A stretch of 64,000 nt of DNA, from contig CDRNVI010000071.1 in assembly GCA_977017575.1 (NCBI GenBank), positions 124,001 through 188,000 on the forward strand, given 5' to 3'. The notes under the pieces are model-generated. The model did no database searches. It saw only the letters and a program-made list of their open reading frames with translations, and had not been told where the DNA came from. Made by a program: the position numbers and the translations under genes. This document shows positions 56,812 to 64,000 of the stretch, one piece after another (position 1 is the first letter of the stretch; every line of letters begins with the position of its first letter). The DNA comes from Paramoeba atlantica (lineage: Eukaryota; Protista; Discosea).

Positions 56812-57084
56812 AGGCCTCTAAAACAATAGTTCGTAAAAGTTAGATTGCTCGCAAAAATTAATAAAACTTTTATTGTAAAATTACAAAAAAAGGAACCGGT
56901 GAAAAAGGATGATTTTTCCGAAATGTTTTACTACAGTCCCTCCTATTTAGTGTTTAGTAGAATTGGACAAAAATAAACACTAAGTTATTTAAAGTACAGT
57001 AAGTTAGTTAAAGTGAAGGAGAGAGGAAATATCAATGAAAAATACATGAGGGGACAACATTTTGTGTTGTGTGTAATGATATCT

Positions 57085-57290
57085 TTCGGTCCTTGAAATT
57101 TGGGCGTAAATTGCTCCAAAATTAGTTTTCAGAAACAAACCGTAGGATGTGGTGCGTGCATTTTTCGCCTTCAATTTCAAAGACTTCTTCTCATTTGTAT
57201 TCTTGGCAGCGATTTTTGTAAGCGACTTTACTTGAGCCGTGAGCCGGGCTCACCTTTTCAAATGCAATATGCGCAGCCTTCAGCTTATGA
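57085..57290 (-). pseudogene. KAP-like fragment (C-terminal half)
   Basis: Similar to 58482-58982: KAAHIAF...KNARTTSYGLF; frameshifted. Confidence 0.65.
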
Positions 57291-57629
57291 CTCCTAGGCT
57301 AGGAGTTCCCTTATTTGGTGGAAAACAGCGAAGATTGCACACATTTTTTCAAAGAAAAAAATGGAAGATTTTTTAGCCGTTTTTTTTATAATCCATAATT
57401 GCTTTTTGTTGAAAATTGATTGTTTGTTTAAGATTTTTCATCATTTCTTCGGGACTAATTGATACACAGCTGCTTTTCAGTATTTCATGACCACCGCGGG
57501 AGTACACGTACTTGCAGGAACGCCTCCGTGCTGTAACAGAGAAGTGCAACGGAAGCTTACAAAAGCATAAAAGTATTCCTTTAGTGAGAGTGCTTACGGA
57601 TTTAAACCTTGTTTGCGAAGAAAATATTC

Positions 57630-57845
57630 TTACGGCCTAATTTGCAGTATATCTTCTGATGATTTTTGAAAGTGTGCAATCTTCGCTGGATTTAACCCCT
57701 TATTTCCTTTGTGGAACTTTGGCATAAAGACACGTCTGGCAGTAGCAGGCATGGTGCGTGTACCCCATGGTTTCTTGACAAGTTTTCGTAACTTTGCGCT
57801 GTTCGCGACCAGTCGTGTCAAAGCACTGTAACATTTGTTATTCAA
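57630..57845 (-). pseudogene. KAP-like fragment (N-terminal half)
   Basis: SALTRLVANSAKLRKLVKKPWGTR. Confidence 0.65.
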
Positions 57846-58481
57846 ATATGAAACGGGCTAGATATAATATTTTGCAGTGAAACATGGATTTTTAGACGAA
57901 CAGTTCCACAGCATTTTACAGCACAATGATCTGTTAAATAAATTCTGGAGTATGATACTCTATCCCACTGCAACTCTGTGTGTGAGACTATCGGCAGGTC
58001 AAACCTAAAACCACAGCAAAAAAAATAGCTATTTCAAGTCCTTCATATCGCGAACTTTAAACATCATTAAATCGTTGTATTCTTTGAGTTTTAAACGAAG
58101 TTTGATTTGCCTAACATGAAAATTCAATTCTACCAAACGCAATGATGAAAAAAGTAATAAATGTAGATAACTTATTTCTGGGCGTTGAGAAATTTTCTAG
58201 ATGATAATACAAGAACTAGTATCATTAAAAATAACCATGTTGCTTGAGCATGTGAGACTTGATAAATTTTTGAGTATGATACTTAGTATCTTTTTCTTGA
58301 GTGAACATAATGCAAGCCTATATGGCATTGCATACAATAATTTCAATAATTTCTTTGCGTTTTCCCATGATTAAATTATGACGAACATTCGATAATACTT
58401 GCACGTTGAAACGGTTGTTACTGTATATTTTTCTATGAACAAGACAAAAGTTATGTGACGGAAAGATCATTATTCAGAAAT

Positions 58482-58982
58482 CTACTTTTGTTTACGCACT
58501 AACTGTTGAATGAACGCTTTTCCTTGTTTGCGACGCTTCGCTGCTTCCAACTCTAAAGATTTTTTGGCGCTTGATGACAGGTTCTTATATTTTGCAGAAA
58601 CCTGCTTTGATACTGCACGAAATAGCTTCTTTCGATCCTTGAAGTTTGGGCGTTCTGCTGCGTAAATTACTCCCATATGCTTCTTCACAAACAAACCGTA
58701 GGATGTGGTGCGTGCATTTTTCACTTTCATTTTCAAAGACTTCTTCTCTTTCGCATTCTTGACAGCAATCTTTCCGAACGATTTTACCTGAGCCCGACTT
58801 AACTTCTTGAACGCAACATGCGCAGCCTTCAGCTTAGTTCCCTTCTTTCCTTTAAGGAACTTCGACATAAAGACACTCCTGGGAGTAGCAGGCAAGGAGC
58901 GTGTACCCCATGGTTTCTTGACGAGTTTTCGGCGTAACTTTGCGCTGTTCGCGGCCAATCGTGTCAAGGCACGGTGAAACAT
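58482..58982 (-). CDS. KAP-like basic HMG-box-like protein, 166 aa
   Basis: MFHRALTRL presequence; KKPWG; TSYGLFVK; very K-rich. Confidence 0.78.
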   Translation of the reverse strand: MFHRALTRLAANSAKLRRKLVKKPWGTRSLPATPRSVFMSKFLKGKKGTKLKAAHVAFKKLSRAQVKSFGKIAVKNAKEKKSLKMKVKNARTTSYGLFVKKHMGVIYAAERPNFKDRKKLFRAVSKQVSAKYKNLSSSAKKSLELEAAKRRKQGKAFIQQLVRKQK

Positions 58983-59568
58983 CTTTTTTTAAGTAAAAGA
59001 AGAAAGTGAAAACAGCTTACGGAAGTTAGATTAGATAAACTATTTGAAAAAAAACGTGTAAATACAAATTAATGGACTTGACGGGTTAATGGAAGGAGAA
59101 TTACTGTTTTCGTTTCTAAAAGTGTAGGAAAAATGGTTGATAATCTTCGTTGCCATGGTTCACTATTCTAAATTGAATTTATACTAAAAATGCTAAAGTT
59201 ATTGCGTAAATAAAGTTAAAAAAGTACGAAAAAGATAAGCTTTTCATTTATCAGTTTGATAAGCAAACAGAAAAAAATGTTTGCTTTATATATTATATAT
59301 ATCGAAGTGCAATAAAAGGCAATAGAGTTTCGGAAAAGATGTATATGGGATGAGATTGATTATTGCTTACTCATGGGAAATGTATTGAATTCAAATTCGA
59401 CGCTCAATTTCTACTTCGGAAGCAGACTATTACAAAACATCTGAAAAATAAAGTAAAAAGCCATGAAAAAATATACACACTATATTAAGTGTGCTTTGAA
59501 TGTTTAAAAAACATTAAATTAAGAATCACGCTTTAGTTTGGTACCAACACTATTCTATCATTCTATTT

Positions 59569-60063
59569 TTATTCTTTCTGGCCCGTACTATCCTTAATGA
59601 ACGCATTGCCCTGCTGGCGACGCTTCTCTGCCTCTTTCGCAAAAGCTTCACGTTGACTAGCTGAAAGTTTTTTATACTTTTCTGAAATCTGTTTCATCAC
59701 TACCTTAAACAGTTGCTTTCGATCCTTGTACTTCGGGGATTCCGCTGTGTATAGCGCTCCCATATATTTCTTAACAAATAGGCCGTAGGGTGTGGAACGC
59801 GCTCCCTTGACTTTCTCTTTCAAAGATTTCCTTTTTGCTGCATTTACGGATGCAATTTTTTCCAAAGATTTCAACTGAATAGGAGAGATTTTATCAAATT
59901 CAGCATGTGCCGTCTTTAGATCAGGCGTACCCTTTCGGCCCTTAAAATAGTTCGACAAAAATACTCCACGTGCGGTCGCAGGACCTGCTCGTCCAGCCCA
60001 CGGCTTCTTAACGAATTTTCGGACAGCTTCCGTGGTCAATCGTACCAAAGCACGGTGAAACAT
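59569..60063 (-). CDS. KAP-like basic HMG-box-like protein, 164 aa
   Basis: MFHRALVRL; KKPWAG; STPYGLFVKK; tandem paralog. Confidence 0.78.
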   Translation of the reverse strand: MFHRALVRLTTEAVRKFVKKPWAGRAGPATARGVFLSNYFKGRKGTPDLKTAHAEFDKISPIQLKSLEKIASVNAAKRKSLKEKVKGARSTPYGLFVKKYMGALYTAESPKYKDRKQLFKVVMKQISEKYKKLSASQREAFAKEAEKRRQQGNAFIKDSTGQKE

Positions 60064-60448
60064 GATTAGTAAAGGAGAGATGTGATAAGGAGAGATAACG
60101 CAAAGAATGCAAAAATTTTCTAAAAAAATATTTATCGTTTTATTTAACTACTTTCATCCAAAATTGGTCAAAAATGATTAAAGCGGGGGGTGGATCAATG
60201 CTCTTCTGGGGAGTTTCATTTCACTTTCATACCGGGCGAGCCGGCAGAGCATTTGCCTGTTGTACGACGACCGTTATCAACGGCCATTGGAATCCATAGT
60301 GTAGACCGCCACTGCGAGCCAGTGCCAAATGCTGCCAGCCACTGCGAGCCAAAAACGTCCTCTGAGAGCCTTTCTCCCTGAAGCCAAACCATCTGGTTAC
60401 CCGAACATGTAAGTCCTTCATGTCTTGAAGGTACGCTTCAAGGCAATA

Positions 60449-60767
60449 CCGTATCCCTCCCAGTAAGAGAATGAGTTTTGGGTCGAAATGGCCAAATCTC
60501 TCTTACTGGGGGGGTATGATTTTTTGGCCAGTTTCCTCTTTTCTCCCAACTTTTTTGACTATTTTTTCTTCTGAAAACGTGTTAAAACGCTTCTTTGGGT
60601 TACTCCCGAGGCCCCCAACATGCAGACACCCACCCCCTACCCCTTATACGCCTCCTGTTGGGCTCCCAAACCAAATCTCTCTTACTGGGGGTCAGCCCAA
60701 AAAGGGCCAAATCTCTCTTACTGGGGGGGTACCTTACTGAGGGGGGTACCTTACTGGGGGTATACGG
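60449..60767. mobile_element. MITE G (Tc2/pogo-like CCGTA termini)
   Basis: TA|CCGTATCCCTCCCAGTAA...TTACTGGGGGTATACGG|TA. Confidence 0.8.
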
Positions 60768-61266
60768 TACAGGGGGTATACGGTAATCAACAAATGTAAA
60801 CTTTTTCCAGTTTTTGTATCTCTTTCCACCGAAAATACAAACCGCGGTCTCGATGCGGTCTCGCAGCCCCTCAACTACCGCGTTTAACGAAGACCCTAAA
60901 AAAGAAAATTAATTTCTATGTCATTTTTCTCAATTTTGTGTCATACGCTGCCATACAGGTATGGCAGGCGCCCCTGTATACTGCCGTACGCTGTCAAACG
61001 CTGCCAGCCACTGCGAGCCAAAACTGCATGGGTTCCATTACAGCGCATTCAACGCCGGTCGTATGCAGGGATTCGGCCTATGGCCACGCCACGTGGTCCT
61101 CAAGGGAGACCCTGCAATTCTCTCAAAAATTGTCCCAAAAATTTTGTCCCAAAAATCACGAATGGGGTTGTAGGTACAGCGTTTGCAAAAGTTTGTGAAC
61201 GTTTTATTGTAAACCACATACCCATTTAACATCCCCCCCTGTATGCTATCAAGGTATAGGTATGTT

Positions 61267-61620
61267 ATTGCGGGGGTTGTTTACAACCTCTGCCTCTTCC
61301 TTCTTTATGGTGTCCGGGGTAGGGTGGATCCAGCAGGGTGAGAAAAGGGGGTCCAGCTCCCCCTCTATCCTCGATTTGGGCACTAATCGCGGTGCTTAAA
61401 AACGTAGGTCCCGGGACTCGAACCCAGGTAGTCCAGTGGGTAAGACCTGACGTTCATAATCTGGTGGTCGCAGGTTCGACTCCCGGAAGTTACATTTTCA
61501 TCCTTACGCGACGCCGTTAGTGGGAAGCAATTTGCGAAGCCGAAGTGGGGGTATGGCGAGGGCTATCATGAGCGGGTCTGAGCCATACGCGGCGTCGTTA
61601 GTGGGAAGCAATTTATTCTT
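61267..61620 (+). repeat. Second copy of the family A variant with tRNA-derived cassette
   Basis: ~77-nt core identical to that at about 601-678. Confidence 0.8.
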
Positions 61621-61803
61621 TTACAATATTCTTTTACAACAACCATCGCTTTTTAACGAAGCAGCTAGCACACCGACATCAAGGTATAGGTATTGCGGTG
61701 GTTGTAAAACTACCGCTCTACCCTCGATTATTGCAAAAAAAGTGAACAAAAACAGTGAAAATATAAAGAGAAGTACAGTAATATAATAGAAGAAAAAAAT
61801 ATA

Positions 61804-62139
61804 AACCCCGCGACATGAAAGCGACATTGTTCCTTCTAGAAACGTTGAAATCACGGGTTAGCTCTTTTATTGGTACTCCTTGTCCGTGCCTCACCTTTAA
61901 AAGAACCTTTCCACTAGAAGTCAGCCCCCCTCTTGGGAGTCGATATGGTGATTTTGGCATTTTTGAAAAAAAAGTTGAAAAAACTAATTTTTTTTACTGA
62001 ATTTCAAAGTTTTAAAATGAGCTAAAAACAGCGGGAACGTACAGATCTCAAAATTTCGAACGACAACGTGGTATGATAACCCCCCCACGACCCCCTGTGC
62101 TAAAAATAAGGGGGGGTCACTTATTGGTGACGCGGGGTT
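61804..62139. mobile_element. MITE I-related element
   Basis: TA|AACCCCGCG...CGCGGGGTT|TA. Confidence 0.8.
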
Positions 62140-62420
62140 TATAAGGGGGCTCCGGTGGTCCAAAACTGAAAAAAAAAATTCAAAAACATGGGGGGTCTAG
62201 GGGGGGGTCCAGGGGGGGTCCAGGGGGCGGGGCATACGTCGCGATTTTTTTTCGATTTTTTAGCTTTTCAAAATCGAGCGCAGGGAAGTGGTAGGGTAGG
62301 CCGCGGCGATAATTTTTCACACCCCCTGGTACGCGCAGGAGGGGTCAGACAAGGTCAAAATTTCCGAAATTTTTGGGGTGACCAAAATTTTTTTTTTTGA
62401 CCTAAAAAAAAGTAAAAGTA

Positions 62421-62706
62421 AACCATGTTCCAGGATAGCATACCTAGTAGGTATACTAAGTGGGTACGGTATACTAAATTTTCTCTAAAATGCAAAAACA
62501 TGTTTCGCGCGTTTCTCTTATCTGTAGTTTCTTATCTGTAGTTGCTAGAAAAATGGTGTCTTGACCTTAAAATGCGATTTCCTACCGAGTGATTGCTAGA
62601 AAAGTTGCTCTGGCGCTTCTAAAAAAGGTACGTCCCACGCTCCTGTTGCTAGGAAGGGGGGTAGGTATACTAAGTGGGCATGGGTATACTATCCTGGAAC
62701 ATGGTT
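62421..62706. mobile_element. MITE E
   Basis: 24-bp TIR AACCATGTTCCAGGATAG(C/T)ATACC; TA TSD confirmed by an empty site at ~35870. Confidence 0.9.
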
Positions 62707-64000
62707 TATTATTTTTCCAAAATCGATTCCTAAAACGTGTTTTAGGAGTTTGGGACCTTCGCCAAAAAATCGCTCTTTTTTACCCAAAAAAATAGATTAT
62801 TCATGGTATTTTGGCGAATTTTCTTTTTTAGTCTCTTCGTTAAACGCGGTGGTAGTTTTCAACGCGAAGCGCGCAGCATGAGTGACTTCTAAGTTGAAAA
62901 CAACTACTGCGTTTAACGAGGAACCTAAAAAAGAATTTGAAAAAAAAGTGAATAAAAACAGTGATTCTTAATTGCGGTGGTAGTATAACTACCGCTCTAC
63001 CCTCGATTATTGAAAAAAAAAGTGAACAAAAACAGTGAAAACAAAAAACAGTGAAAGAGAAACAACAGCCGTGGGACGAGGGGGGGTATGTTAAGTGTCG
63101 CTGGCCAAAATAACATACCCCCCGGTGTGTTATCCAAGGTACAGGTATGTTAAACGGGTATGTGGTTTACAACTTTTAAAATTGTTGCACAATAAAAGAG
63201 TTACACATTTTTGTTGCACAAGTTTTTGTGCAAAGGATCATTGGAGACTGCAGTCCACGCATGACCATTTGTGACGCTTCATGACGATTCGTGACAGCGA
63301 AGACTAAGCTCTGACAGAGAAATAGGAACGGTCTGTGAAGAGACCAGTGTGCAAGTCTGAAAAGGTATTCGAGTTTTGTATAGGGGAAGCCCATGTAGCA
63401 TGCCTAAAAAATAATTTCTTCTAGGAAATCTAATGAATCACAATCTCGCTACTATCTACTTTTGGGCTATCAACTATTTCAGTCCACTCGTACTCATCTG
63501 AATTCGTGCTCGTAAAGTCAAAGTTATCAAGTGTTTTTTGACTTGAAAGAGGGACATTTGGGCAGGGTACCGACGATGCTGCATGTTACAGGACCGCATC
63601 TTCGCAGATATACGAGAGATTTCCTCAGGAGAAGGTTGCCCCCCCATATTACCACTCCATTCGTAGTGAAGATAGGCTTCGATGTTATGAATAAACCCCT
63701 TGACACGAATAAAGCACCCCCCTTTATTTTTTGCGTGCGGGGACCCATGGGGGTTGCAGCACCACTTTATCGTCCACAATTTTGAGATCTGCACGTTCCC
63801 GGGGTTTTTAGCTTCATTTAAAACTTTTAAAAAAATCAGTTCCAGAAATATTTTTTTTTTCTAAACTTTCATGGTAAAATCCAAGTACCGTCCCCCAAAG
63901 GGGGGGATGACCCCTATAGGTAAGACATTATTGCGCCTGAGGATCGAAGACGGTGTCCCAAAGAAGCAACTTGCACGATAATTTAATATTTCAGTAAAAT

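Larger units (their letters stand above)
61692..62935 (+). mobile_element. Complete family A element carrying two nested MITEs; a new copy starts at 62971
   Basis: Both family A ends present; empty sites visible in the 35453 copy. Confidence 0.85.

Noticed and set aside
63474-63794. Minus-strand 106-aa ORF as a gene or transposase fragment
   Set aside because: No recognisable motif; it begins inside a MITE I fragment

Overview
Eukaryotic nuclear DNA from a kinetoplastid, probably an early-branching or Perkinsela-like one. The taxon is inferred from kinetoplast-associated HMG-like proteins, a KREPA-type editosome protein, a Tc38/p38-type protein, a mitochondrial-type peroxiredoxin, spliced-leader (SL) core sequences, and intron-less host genes that all lie on the minus strand as one directional cluster. 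About 16 intact host genes (KAPs, RPC4, PABPN1, KREPA, LRR family, peroxiredoxin, H3 variant, quinone oxidoreductase, Tc38) are separated by dense, often nested mobile DNA. This includes Tc1-like DD32E elements, an intact pogo element, a PIF/IS5-like two-ORF element, a hAT remnant, a Merlin-like MITE, a tyrosine recombinase pseudogene and many MITEs. The most unusual signals are: (1) a dispersed ~600-bp element headed by an SL exon plus splice donor, with covarying structures, inserted in sense into two LRR genes; (2) an abundant ~0.6-0.9 kb TSD-less family with asymmetric terminal hairpins, resembling Helitron2/Helentron, with a variant carrying a tRNA-derived cassette; (3) a long-tailed H3 variant with an extended loop 1. 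All homology calls come from motif recognition by eye, with no database searches.
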